Part shown: positions 50,887 through 59,969 of the stretch, in pieces | Position numbering within the stretch: the stretch's first letter is position 1 | Layout of the letters: each line of letters starts with the position of its first letter | Origin: an uncultured Myxococcia bacterium | GTDB taxonomy: Bacteria > Myxococcota_A > UBA9042 > PHBI01 | Reading direction: 5' to 3' | Length of the DNA stretch: 64,000 nucleotides | Assembly: GCA_942493285.1 (NCBI GenBank) | Contig: OW818691.1 | Span: forward strand, 950,875-1,014,874 | The notes under the pieces: model-generated | Told to the model about the DNA's origin: nothing | The model's input: the letters and a program-made list of their open reading frames with translations, nothing else | Databases searched by the model: none | Translations under genes and position numbers: made by a program

Positions 50887-51738
50887 ATGCAACCCGTGGT
50901 GACGTTTCGAAGATGGTGGTGGGGGACGGTGGCGGGGCTCGTGGCGGCGCCGGCGGCCTTCGCATGGGTGGCCTACCGCTCCGAGAGCGGTGCGGTCCTG
51001 CGTTGGACCGAGCCGGACGTGGTGATCGCTCTGAGCCCGCCGCCCGGTGCCTTGGATCGAGGCGCGACGCGTGCGGCCCTGGACTGGGGGGTTGCTCAGT
51101 GGGCGGAGCTCGATTGCGACGGACCGGTCGTGACGATTCGGGAGGTCGGGGCGACGGTGCTGGATGCCGAGGACGCCCAGAGCTCGGTGGTTTGGATCGA
51201 CGACGTCGCGGTATGGAACCAGCGGTTCTCGGCGACGGAGCTGGCGCGCACCATCCTCATCTATCGTGTGCAGTCGGGGCGGATGGTGGACGCGGACATC
51301 GCGGTCAACCTCGGAGGCTTCGACTTCTCGGCGAGTGAGAGCTGTGATGCTGAACGTTACGATTTGTGGATGACGCTCACCCACGAGCTCGGGCACTTCT
51401 TTGGGCTCGACCACAGCTTGGCAGATGGGGCCACGATGCAGGCCAAAGCGTCGCCCGGGGAGTGTCAGGGGCGAAGCCTGTCGCCCGATGACCGCGAGGG
51501 GTACTGCTCGAGCTACGACGTCCCCACACCCGTCGAGCCCGAGCCGGGGCCCGAGGTGGCCGACGTCGTCGAAGCTGCGGACATGGGCGACGTGAGCGAG
51601 GCCGAAGCGGACGGGGCGCGGCGAGACGACGGGTGTTGCGGCGCGGGCGGGTTGTCTGGGGCCGGCGCGTGGATGCTGGTGGGCCTGGGAACGGCGTTGG
51701 TGCGCGGCCTCAGGCGAGGCGCGCGTCGAGCCACCTGA
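50887..51738 (+). CDS. Matrixin (M10)-like zinc metalloprotease with MYXO-CTERM-like tail
   Basis: HELGHFFGLDH, Met-turn ATM, DDREG; tail DDGCC...AWMLVGLGTALVRGLRR. Start inferred. Confidence 0.87.
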   Translation: MQPVVTFRRWWWGTVAGLVAAPAAFAWVAYRSESGAVLRWTEPDVVIALSPPPGALDRGATRAALDWGVAQWAELDCDGPVVTIREVGATVLDAEDAQSSVVWIDDVAVWNQRFSATELARTILIYRVQSGRMVDADIAVNLGGFDFSASESCDAERYDLWMTLTHELGHFFGLDHSLADGATMQAKASPGECQGRSLSPDDREGYCSSYDVPTPVEPEPGPEVADVVEAADMGDVSEAEADGARRDDGCCGAGGLSGAGAWMLVGLGTALVRGLRRGARRAT

Positions 51739-52564
51739 CGAGGTCGTCCATGACCACGTTCTTCTCGGGCTCGTTCAGGATTTCGTGGAAGAGCTCGGGA
51801 TAGGGCAGGAGCGTCTTGTCCGGCGAGCCGAGCCCCTTGAACCACACCTCCTGCGCGGGCACGGAGACGAGGCCGTCCTTGCCGCCGAGCATGTGGAGGA
51901 CCGGAATGCGGATGGCCTGCGCGTGGGCCAGCGCGTTGGTCTGGGCGTCGAGGAACTCGGTGTACCAGCGAGCGGTGGCGTTCTTGGTCACCATCGGGTC
52001 GGTCTCGTAGGCCTTCACCACGGCCGGGTCGCGAGACACGAGCGAGGCGCTGATGCCCGTCGGGATCGCGAGCGATGGCCACACCTTCGACATGATCCGG
52101 CCGAGTGCGTCTTTCCACTTCGGGACCACGACCGCGACGCCGAGTCCCGGGCCCGTCAGCACGGCGGCTTGCACGGCGCCCGGGTGGTCGAGCAGGTGCT
52201 GGATACAGATGAGGCCGCCCATGGAGTGGCCGAGCAGGGCGACCTTGATAGGCGCCGCGGACGCGCCCGCGAGCTTGGCCGAGCCCATGGCGACGATGGC
52301 CTGCAGGTCGTCGCTGTACTCGCTGAAGCGCTGCACGAAGACTCGTTTGCCTGACGACTGGCCGTGTCCACGATGGTCGACGCTCAGGACGGCGTAGCCA
52401 CCCGCGAGCAGGCGCTGCATGACGTGCTCGTAGCGGCCGGAGTGTTCGGCCAGGCCGTGCGAGATGACGACGAGCGCCTTGGGGGCCGCGGGGCGGGCGA
52501 AACGCCAGAAGAGGCGGGTACCGTCGGGGCGCTGGAGGAAACCGGTCTCGGGCGTTGTGCTCAT
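51710..52564 (-). CDS. Alpha/beta hydrolase (lysophospholipase / monoacylglycerol lipase family)
   Basis: HGLAEHSGRY, DHRGHGQS, GHSMGG, FHEILNE. Confidence 0.93.
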   Translation of the reverse strand: MSTTPETGFLQRPDGTRLFWRFARPAAPKALVVISHGLAEHSGRYEHVMQRLLAGGYAVLSVDHRGHGQSSGKRVFVQRFSEYSDDLQAIVAMGSAKLAGASAAPIKVALLGHSMGGLICIQHLLDHPGAVQAAVLTGPGLGVAVVVPKWKDALGRIMSKVWPSLAIPTGISASLVSRDPAVVKAYETDPMVTKNATARWYTEFLDAQTNALAHAQAIRIPVLHMLGGKDGLVSVPAQEVWFKGLGSPDKTLLPYPELFHEILNEPEKNVVMDDLVRWLDARLA

Positions 52565-52607
52565 GGGGTCGTTCTAAGCACAGCTCGCGGCGGTTGGCTA
52601 TGGGGCG

Positions 52608-52769
52608 GGCGTTGGCGTGGGCGCAGGCGTGGGCGCGGGCGTGGGCGCAGGCGTGGGCGCGGGCGTGGGCGCGGGCGTGGGCGCGGGCGTGGGCGTGGGC
52701 GTTGGCGTGTGCGTGGGCGCGGGCGTGGGCGTGGGCGTGGGCGCAGGCGTTGGCGTTGGCGCTGGCGTG
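52608..52769. repeat. About 27 tandem GGCGYN hexamers between the divergent hydrolase and recN genes; G-quadruplex-compatible
   Basis: ggcgtg / ggcgcg / ggcgca / ggcgtt units give consecutive GGG-N3 tracts on the + strand. Confidence 0.9.
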
Positions 52770-52825
52770 GGGAGGGGAGCGCCAAGGCCCTTCCCGCCGC
52801 GGGCGGCCGTTGCTATAGGCGGCGC

Positions 52826-54541
52826 GTGCTAGTCAGCCTCACCATCCACGACCTCGCCATCATCGAAGACACGACCCTCGAGCTGTCCGACGGGCTCAAC
52901 GTGCTCACGGGCGAGACGGGGGCCGGCAAGTCCATCATCATCGAGGCGCTCTCGCTCGTGCTCGGCGACCGCGCCGAGGTCGAGTTGATTCGCCGCGGCA
53001 AGGAGCGAGCAGAGGTCGAAGCTTCGTTCAGGCTCGCTGCGGACTCGCCGGCAAAAGTCCGGCTCGCGGCGCTCGACCTGCTCGACAGGGACGACCCGGA
53101 TGGGCTGCTCGTGCGGCGGCTGGTTGCGCCGGGCAAGGCCCGGGCCTACGTCAATGGGCGGCAGGTCACGATCGCCACGTTGGCCGAGGTCACGCGTGGC
53201 CTCGTCGATGTGTCGAGCCAGCACCAGCACACCCAGCTCCTCGACCCCGGGTCCCACCTGGAGATCCTCGACCGCTTCGGTGGTCTCCTGCCCGAGCGCC
53301 AACGTTTCCTCGCCGCCTTTGGTGAGGTCGAGAGCCAGCGCCGTAAGCTCACCGAGCTCGGCCGCCGTGAGACCGCGCGCGCGAGCCGTGAGGCCTTCGT
53401 GCGATTCCAGCTCACCGAGCTCGACGAGGTCGACCCGAAGGTCGGCGAGGACGAGTCGCTCGAGGGCGAGCGTGTCAAGCTGTCGCACGCGGATCGCCTC
53501 GCCAGCGGCGCACACGAGGTCGCATCGCTCGTCGGCGTGTCGGCGAGCCAGGGCTCGGCCAACGAGCGGCTGGTCGTGGCGCAGCGCCAGCTCGACCGGT
53601 TGAAGGCGTACGACACCGGGCTCACGACGCTGGCTGCACGGCTCGAGAGCGCGCGAATCGAGCTGAGCGACATCGCGGCCGAGATCAAAGACTACGGCGA
53701 TGGGGTCGACTCCGACCCGCGGCGGCTCGACGCCGTGAGCGAGCGGCTCGACCAGTTGAAGCGTATCAAGAAGAAGCATGGCGGAATCCTCGAGGCGGTC
53801 ATCGCTTCACGTGAGGCCCTGCGTGAGGAGCTCTCGGGCTTCGAGTCGCTCGAGCTCGAGGTCAAAGAAGGCGAGCGTGAGCTCGACAAACGCCATACCC
53901 GCGCGGTCGAGCTGGGGCGGCTCTTGTCGGCCGCGCGACTCAAGGCCAAGGCCGACCTCGAGGCCCGCGTCGGGACCGAGCTGCAGAGCCTCGCGATGGG
54001 CGGGGCGGCGATCCGCTTCGAGCTGCAGGAGGCGACCGAGCTGTCGAGCGAGGGCTTCGAACGCGGCGAGATCCACATCCAGACCAACCGCGGCGAGGGG
54101 TTCTTGCCCCTGCACAAGTCGGCCTCGGGTGGAGAGCTGGCGCGTGTGCTGCTGGCGCTGAAGCGGGTCCTGATGCACGTCGACCCGGTCGAGACCTGTA
54201 TCTTCGACGAGGTCGACTCCGGCACGGGTGGCGCCGTCGGTGACATGATCGGCAAGAAACTCGAAGAGATAGGGGCCGAACGCCAGGTGCTGTGTATCAC
54301 CCACCTGCCTCAGATCGCGGCGCGCGGGCGAACCCACTTGAAGGTGATGAAGGTCGCCGATGGTGAGCGCACGCTGACCCACGTCGTGCGGCTCGGCGGC
54401 GACGAGCGTGTCGATGAAGTGGCGCGGATGTTGGGCGGCGTGGAGATCACGAAGACCACACGTGAGCACGCGCGGGAGCTCGTCGGGCGCAGCGCCGATG
54501 CCGTTCGCAGCGACAAGAAGGCGCGTGCGCGGCGTAGCTGA
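52826..54541 (+). CDS. recN: DNA repair protein RecN
   Basis: [16 protein letters not shown], coiled coil, [36 protein letters not shown]. Start moved to GTG 52826. Confidence 0.96.
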   Translation: MLVSLTIHDLAIIEDTTLELSDGLNVLTGETGAGKSIIIEALSLVLGDRAEVELIRRGKERAEVEASFRLAADSPAKVRLAALDLLDRDDPDGLLVRRLVAPGKARAYVNGRQVTIATLAEVTRGLVDVSSQHQHTQLLDPGSHLEILDRFGGLLPERQRFLAAFGEVESQRRKLTELGRRETARASREAFVRFQLTELDEVDPKVGEDESLEGERVKLSHADRLASGAHEVASLVGVSASQGSANERLVVAQRQLDRLKAYDTGLTTLAARLESARIELSDIAAEIKDYGDGVDSDPRRLDAVSERLDQLKRIKKKHGGILEAVIASREALREELSGFESLELEVKEGERELDKRHTRAVELGRLLSAARLKAKADLEARVGTELQSLAMGGAAIRFELQEATELSSEGFERGEIHIQTNRGEGFLPLHKSASGGELARVLLALKRVLMHVDPVETCIFDEVDSGTGGAVGDMIGKKLEEIGAERQVLCITHLPQIAARGRTHLKVMKVADGERTLTHVVRLGGDERVDEVARMLGGVEITKTTREHARELVGRSADAVRSDKKARARRS

Positions 54542-54635
54542 GGCCGCACCTCGGTTGTGTTGCGACCCGTGACCACGGGTGGCCCAGCCGTCCGTGGGAC
54601 CTGACGTCGCAAAGCGGTTCTGCTAGGGTCCGTCC

Positions 54636-56570
54636 ATGAACGCCATCGGTTCGACCAGACGGGTGAGTGAGAGTGTTGCCGCGTGCGCCTTGGCGCTCGC
54701 GCTGATGCTGGGTGTCGGTTCGGGTTGTGAAGAGACACGCACGGGTGGGCAGATCCTGCCCGAGCTGACCGTCGCGTCAGTCGGCCCGCAGACACTCGTG
54801 CCAGGGTCGCGCCTCGTCGTGCGAGGGTCGGGGTTCGTCCTGCCCGAAGCGGCCGAGCTGACGCTCCAGCTCGACGGGCTGCTCGCGGGTGTGCCCTTCG
54901 TCGTGAGCGCGCCGGCCGAGCGTTTGGACGACGAGACGGTCGTCGTCACCATCGTCGGCGACCTGCAGCAGGCGCTCATCCCGCCGGGCACCGATCTCGC
55001 GCGACTGGCAGGGCGTTTGACTGTTACGCGCCGCGCTCGCGACGCCAACGGAACGCTCGGCGAGCCCGAGTCCCAGGGCCGCGACTTCGACCTCACGGTG
55101 TCGCAGACCATCACCCCCGAGCTCGTCTCGGTGGCTCCCGAGCAACTCTACGTCGGTGAGGTAGTGACGTTGTCGGGACGTCAATTCCTCTTTCCAACCG
55201 AAGGGGTTACGCTGGTCGAGCTCAGCGGCAGCATCGTCACCACCGCGCCCGCCCGGGTGGTCGAGGTGCAAGGGCTCCAGGTCCCGGCCATCCCGTCCGG
55301 CGACGAACGCGACACCGTCGACTTCGTGCTCACCCCCGACGTGCTCGGCATCCTGCCGGGGCGCTTCACCGGCACCATGCGTGTCATCAACAGCAGCCGT
55401 GTCGGTATCACGACCGTGTCCGAGCCGGTCGCCGTCGACCTGCCGCTGGCACCACCGCGCATCGACGAGGTGACCCCGCAGGCCGCGTCGCGAGGGCAGT
55501 GGATCCGGGTCCGAGGCCGGGGGTTTCTCGCGGCGGATGGGCTCCTGCAGGCGGCGATGGTGCTGGTCCTCGATGGGACTTTCAGGCCGGCTGTCGGCGG
55601 GCAGATCGAGCTCACCGGGCCCCGGGCTTTGACCCTCGTGCCGGACATCCAGCTCGACAACCAGCTCGTCTCGACCGTGCTCCGCGTCGGGCGCGACGGC
55701 AATGGGCAGCTCACCGGGCTCGGGCTCATCGCGGGCACCTTCGAGGGCACCATCTCGCCCTGGCTCTTCCTCGGGCCCGACCTGGTGAAGGGTGACAGCA
55801 TGCCGTTCACCTTCCAGGTCCTGCCCCAGAAGCAGGTCGTCTATCTGCGTGAGCTGCCGGGCTTCGACGACGCACTCATCGAGTTCGGCCTGCTCGCCGA
55901 GAAGGACGCCGTAAAGGCCCGAATCCTCGATGTGTGTGTGCGCGACTACCAGGGCGTCCACATCGAGTTCACCTGGGACGAACCTACCGAGTACGCGGAG
56001 TTCGGCGTCGTGGAGATCGCTGGGCGCGACCCTAACGGCACCGGGCTCTTCGGCCTCGACAACACGACCGGCAAGGACGTCGGCAACCTGCGCTTCAACG
56101 ACATCATCGGTGGCTACAACGCCGACACCCAGGCCGAGGGCTACTCGGCTTACGGCGGCATCTTCCCGGCCGAGTTCATGAACCTCTCGGCCCGTCTCGG
56201 GGACAATCCGCTGTCGTCTCAGCGCTTCGACGACATCTTCGGACCGGTCGCCCCGGCCCTGAATGGCAAGCCGGCCGAGCGCGGCGAGATGGATGCGGGC
56301 GGCCAACGCGCGGTCGACATCCGTGAAGCGGTGCGGGTCTATGGCAATCTCGTCGGCTCGACCGTCTCACACGAGGTCGGCCACAGCCTCGGGCTCGCGG
56401 ACGTCGATGGGCAGTTCCACAATGTCGGGGACAACCCCGGCTGGCTCATGGACTCGGGCACCTTTCGCACCTTCGAGGAGCGCGGCGAGGTGGACGGTCA
56501 GGGGCCGAGCTTCTTCGAGCCCGAGAGCCTGGAGTACCTGCAGGGGATCCTACCGCTGCCGATCCAGTAG
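54636..56570 (+). CDS. Lipoprotein with IPT/TIG-like Ig domains and a C-terminal metzincin-like metalloprotease motif
   Basis: Lipobox VGSGC; VASVGPQTLVPGSRLVVRGSGF-type repeats; HEVGHSLGLAD; WLMD Met-turn. Confidence 0.78.
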   Translation: MNAIGSTRRVSESVAACALALALMLGVGSGCEETRTGGQILPELTVASVGPQTLVPGSRLVVRGSGFVLPEAAELTLQLDGLLAGVPFVVSAPAERLDDETVVVTIVGDLQQALIPPGTDLARLAGRLTVTRRARDANGTLGEPESQGRDFDLTVSQTITPELVSVAPEQLYVGEVVTLSGRQFLFPTEGVTLVELSGSIVTTAPARVVEVQGLQVPAIPSGDERDTVDFVLTPDVLGILPGRFTGTMRVINSSRVGITTVSEPVAVDLPLAPPRIDEVTPQAASRGQWIRVRGRGFLAADGLLQAAMVLVLDGTFRPAVGGQIELTGPRALTLVPDIQLDNQLVSTVLRVGRDGNGQLTGLGLIAGTFEGTISPWLFLGPDLVKGDSMPFTFQVLPQKQVVYLRELPGFDDALIEFGLLAEKDAVKARILDVCVRDYQGVHIEFTWDEPTEYAEFGVVEIAGRDPNGTGLFGLDNTTGKDVGNLRFNDIIGGYNADTQAEGYSAYGGIFPAEFMNLSARLGDNPLSSQRFDDIFGPVAPALNGKPAERGEMDAGGQRAVDIREAVRVYGNLVGSTVSHEVGHSLGLADVDGQFHNVGDNPGWLMDSGTFRTFEERGEVDGQGPSFFEPESLEYLQGILPLPIQ

Positions 56571-56887
56571 GGGCAGCTGCGACCGTCAGGCGCAGCGTCG
56601 GAAGTCACGCCTTGACGTGGTCGGCGAGCAGGCGAGTCCACGCGCCGGACATCCGGCTCCACTCTTTGGGAGGCTGCTTGTTCGAGCGGGTGCACGCCCC
56701 AGATGCGCGACATCCAGGTCCACCTTCGCGAACGCTTTTGCACCGAGCTCATCTCGGCGGTCACGGACGCTCTTCGAAGGCCGTATGCCCACCTATGCCG
56801 CACTCACACAGAGTTTCTGACACTCTCCTGGCAGACGCGCGCGGAGCTTTCCTGCAGCAGCCCACCCCAATTGGGTCGTTCTGCTCG

Positions 56888-57181
56888 TCAGCGACGACCA
56901 GCAGCTCGTGACCGTACGACCCACCAAGCGACAACGCCCGAAAAGAGCGCGATCAGTCCCACGGTCTTGCCCGCAAACTGACCTTGTTCGCGAGGCGTAT
57001 CCACCCCATGAGGAAATGCATCAGCCGCAAAAAGAACGGCGATGCCAACCCCGAGCATAAGCAGGAAGACGAGGAGCGCGATCCGAAACGGTGTAGCAGT
57101 CAAGACAACCTCCTGTGAGGCCTCTACTCCATAGCGCCGACGAGGGTCAATGGACGGCGCCCCTCGTGACCTGCGCTGCAA
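56888..57181 (-). CDS. Small hypothetical membrane protein (2 TM)
   Basis: Two hydrophobic segments; weaker codon bias than neighbours; start uncertain. Confidence 0.4.
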   Translation of the reverse strand: MQRRSRGAPSIDPRRRYGVEASQEVVLTATPFRIALLVFLLMLGVGIAVLFAADAFPHGVDTPREQGQFAGKTVGLIALFSGVVAWWVVRSRAAGRR

Positions 57182-57313
57182 CCGAGGGATTGCACCGAGC
57201 GACCCGAGGGTGCCAACCTGAGAGTGACAAAACAGCTACAGGTGGCTGGTCAATTGAGCATCATGCCCCCTGAGCGGCGTGACAACTCGGGCGACTGAAC
57301 GACCCGGACAGCG

Positions 57314-57357
57314 AGACAACTTGAGCATCAAGACAACTTGAGCATCAAGACAACTCG
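57314..57357. repeat. 17-bp tandem repeat AGACAACTTGAGCATCA (two exact copies plus a partial), with degenerate copies over about 57215-57455
   Basis: Exact units at 57314 and 57331; related CAATTGAGCATCA (57251), GACGAGCATCAA (57374), CTTGAGCGTCAAG (57404). Confidence 0.85.
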
Positions 57358-57751
57358 CCGGCAGTACGAGCTGGACGAGCATCAACCCCGAGCAGCGGGG
57401 CGACTTGAGCGTCAAGATAGCCATCGTGGCTGGCGAACCTGAGCGAGACTACAATCCACCCGGCGGATGTGCTTGTGCCTTACGAAGACCCAAACGAGGA
57501 ACCGCTCTTTGAGGCCGACGGCCGAGCGGAGGCGCGTACTTGGGCGGACGCCCTTGCGGAGGTGAGGTCGATGGGACGCGCAGAGGCCCGATTGACCGAT
57601 GCGCACCGGGGCTTCACCCGCAGTACGCAGAGTCGTTGAAGGGTGCGGTCGGAGAGTCGAGCGGACGCGGAGCAGGAGCGTCGACGAGACCATTCCTTTG
57701 AGCGGAGTTTAGACGGTGGATTGAGGGACTGTGCCTGAGAACACCGGGACC

Positions 57752-57802
57752 TTGACACTGGCGTATCGACGTGACACTTCATCAGGTGTTGAAGTGATGA
57801 AG
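57752..57802 (+). promoter_or_regulatory. Promoter/operator of the ArsR/SmtB operon
   Basis: TTGACA at 57752-57757; two overlapping inverted repeats, CACTTCA-N8-TGAAGTG (57775-57796) and CTTCATCA-N10-TGATGAAG (57777-57802), covering the -10 region and start codon. Confidence 0.6.
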
Positions 57803-58174
57803 ATTACACCCCACCAGCATCCACCGCGCCCGGCCGAGCCGCCTGACGTCGCCCTCCTCGAGCGCACGGCCGAGCTCCTGCGGGCACTCGCCGATCCGCT
57901 CAGGCTGAAGCTCGTATTGACGCTCGCACGCGGCGAGGCATGCGTGAGCGAGCTCCTCGACTCGCAGGACGCGGGCCTGTCGACCGTGTCGCAGCGCTTG
58001 AAGCTCCTGCGTCAGGTCGGCCTCGTGAGCCGCCGGCGCGAAGGCAAACACATCTACTACCAGCTGGCCGACACACACGTCCGCGAGCTCGTCGACAACG
58101 CGCTCGCTCACGCCGCGCACTCCCATTCCCCGTCCGTCCCAAGTCCCTCAATTCCCCTGGAGAGCTCACCATGA
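57797..58174 (+). CDS. ArsR/SmtB-family metal-sensing repressor with alpha5 site
   Basis: LRALADPLRLKL...CVSEL...STVSQRLKLLRQVGLVSRRREGKHIYY; alpha5 motif D-x-H-x10-H-x2-H (DTHVRELVDNALAHAAH). Start moved to ATG 57797. Confidence 0.92.
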   Translation: MKITPHQHPPRPAEPPDVALLERTAELLRALADPLRLKLVLTLARGEACVSELLDSQDAGLSTVSQRLKLLRQVGLVSRRREGKHIYYQLADTHVRELVDNALAHAAHSHSPSVPSPSIPLESSP

Positions 58175-58533
58175 CGACCTGCACCCTTCACAACGCCCAC
58201 GACGAACACGTCCACGGTCCCGAGTGCGGGCACACCGCCATCGCTCACGCTGGCCACATCGACTACGTCCACGACGGCCACCTCCACCACGTGCATGGCG
58301 ACCACGTCGACGAGCACCACCTCGAGGTCGACCGCACCAACCCCGACGACTGCGGGCCCGGTCACGACTGCGCGGCTCACGACGCGCAGCATGTCCACGG
58401 CGAAGGCTGCGGACACGAGGCGGTCCCACACGGCGACCACGTCGACTTTCTCGTCGCCGGCCACCTGCATCACCCGCATCAAGGTCACTGCGACCACCAT
58501 GGGCAGGTCGCGATGGCTGGCGGCGCCGCCTGA
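58171..58533 (+). CDS. His/Cys-rich metal-binding protein (120 aa; 29 His, 6 Cys; two internal repeats)
   Basis: Real start is ATG 58171 (ATGA overlap) inside ORF 57940..58533; HVHGPECGHTAIAHAGHIDYVHDGHLHH and HVHGEGCGHEAVPHGDHVDFLVAGHLHH. Confidence 0.88.
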   Translation: MTTCTLHNAHDEHVHGPECGHTAIAHAGHIDYVHDGHLHHVHGDHVDEHHLEVDRTNPDDCGPGHDCAAHDAQHVHGEGCGHEAVPHGDHVDFLVAGHLHHPHQGHCDHHGQVAMAGGAA

Positions 58534-58637
58534 TCTTGTTGCAATGAGGGGACCCAACGCATCTGGGGTGGAGCCGAGCTCGCCCCATGCGCTGGGTCAC
58601 TGACTCTAGCTTGACCTCATCGCTGTCGATGCCGGGC

Positions 58638-59885
58638 TCACTTCACGGTGAACGTGACCTCCGTCTTCGCGAGTCGCTCCACCAGGGCCTCGCCAAGTGC
58701 GGTCGACGGGGTCAGGACCCCGGCTGGCAACGTCCCTTCGGTCGTGTCGAAAGCCAGCGCGAGCGCGCTCTCGGCGAGCATACGCGAGGTCGCTCCATAG
58801 CCCGGGTCGCCACGACCGTTCACCTCGACATGAATCTCGTGGTCGCCCGCGGTGCCGATCAACTCGGCCCGGAAGAACCCGTCGCGCATCGTCTTTTCGG
58901 ACGGACCTGCGCCTGGCTTCGGCAGGACGCGTCGTTCGAGCAGGCCCTTGAGCGCGGGTACCGAGAGGGCAGCCATGAAGCCCACGAGCCCGCTGCTCAT
59001 GGCGATAGCCTGTGCCAGGCCGCGTGGGCCACGACCGAAGCTCATGACCTCGTCGTAGCGGAAGTCCTTGCCCCACGGAAAGCCGCGCAGCGCGTGTGAG
59101 CGACGCACGACACGTGTGTTGACGGGGCCCATCAGGAACGGGCCAACCCACCGGCCGGTCGTGGTGTCGCGTTCTGGTTTGATGCTATCGCGGCCGTCAG
59201 GGCCCGAGCGCTGGCCCTCGGGGTTGAGGGAGTACGGGTCGGCGGCGATGCGACGGACGGCCTTGTCTTTCAGCTGCTCGACCATGTTGAGCATGCTCGC
59301 GACTGTTCCGCCCGAGAACCCGCCTGTCGCTTTGCGCATGTGGAAGCGGACACGCTCGGCCGGCCGCCCGAAGCGGCGCAACGCTTCGCGCTGCAGGACG
59401 AAGGTGCCGATGTCGCTAGGGATGGAGTCAAAGCCGCAGCAGTGGACGATACGCGCGCCGCTGGCCACGGCGCGGTCGTGATAGCGGTCGACCATCCGCC
59501 GGATGAACGGCGTCTCGCCCGTGAGGTCGCAGTAGTCGGTGCCGTGGTCGACGCAGGCGGCGACGAGCGGCTCGCCGAGCAGGTCGTAGGGGCCAACGGT
59601 CGTGCAGACGACTCTGGTCTTGGCCGCGACCTCGTCGAGGCGGGCCTTGTCGGCGCTGTCGGCGACGAGGATCGGCAAGGACACGAGCGCCGCATTGCCC
59701 GGGTGTTTCGCGGCGAGGTCGGCGCGTAGGCCCTCGAGCTTCGAGGCGTTGCGGCCCGCCAGTGCCCACTTGAGGTCGTAGTGGCGGGCGAGCTCATGCG
59801 CGACGAGGGTACCCGTGAAGCCGGTGGCGCCAAAGAGGACAACGTCGAAGGGGCGGTCGAGACGGTTCTGGCGAGCGGTCGACAT
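58638..59885 (-). CDS. Saccharopine dehydrogenase-like / trans-acting enoyl reductase family oxidoreductase
   Basis: FGATGFTG, ALAGRN, TTVGPY, DYCDLTGE, CGFDSIPSD, DPGYGATSRMLAES. Confidence 0.9.
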   Translation of the reverse strand: MSTARQNRLDRPFDVVLFGATGFTGTLVAHELARHYDLKWALAGRNASKLEGLRADLAAKHPGNAALVSLPILVADSADKARLDEVAAKTRVVCTTVGPYDLLGEPLVAACVDHGTDYCDLTGETPFIRRMVDRYHDRAVASGARIVHCCGFDSIPSDIGTFVLQREALRRFGRPAERVRFHMRKATGGFSGGTVASMLNMVEQLKDKAVRRIAADPYSLNPEGQRSGPDGRDSIKPERDTTTGRWVGPFLMGPVNTRVVRRSHALRGFPWGKDFRYDEVMSFGRGPRGLAQAIAMSSGLVGFMAALSVPALKGLLERRVLPKPGAGPSEKTMRDGFFRAELIGTAGDHEIHVEVNGRGDPGYGATSRMLAESALALAFDTTEGTLPAGVLTPSTALGEALVERLAKTEVTFTVK

Positions 59886-59969
59886 CGGGAGTCCTTGTTC
59901 CGAGGAGCAGGTCGAGGAATCACCGAGGCCAATCTGGGCAAGTCCGAAGTGCAGAGCGCCGAGCGGGCT

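Noticed and set aside
52364-52825. RG-repeat N-terminal extension of RecN in the ORF track
   Set aside because: It is read-through of the intergenic hexamer array and overlaps the divergent hydrolase; RecN homology starts at GTG 52826.
52770-52825. LexA/SOS box upstream of recN
   Set aside because: No match to the Myxococcus-type, E. coli-type or Gram-positive-type LexA consensus that I could see.
56586-56803. Possible frameshifted toxin-like gene remnant (…KQPPKEWSRMSGAWTRLLADHVKA)
   Set aside because: Only a vague resemblance across two frames; no start, partner antitoxin or diagnostic motif.
57314-57357. 17-bp repeats as a mini-CRISPR or integron attC site
   Set aside because: No spacers, too short, no RYYYAAC/GTTRRRY core pair and no integrase.
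58564-58587. Hairpin TGGGG-TG-GAGC-CGA-GCTC-G-CCCCA between convergent genes
   Set aside because: Weak, bulged and without a U-tract; not enough to call a terminator.
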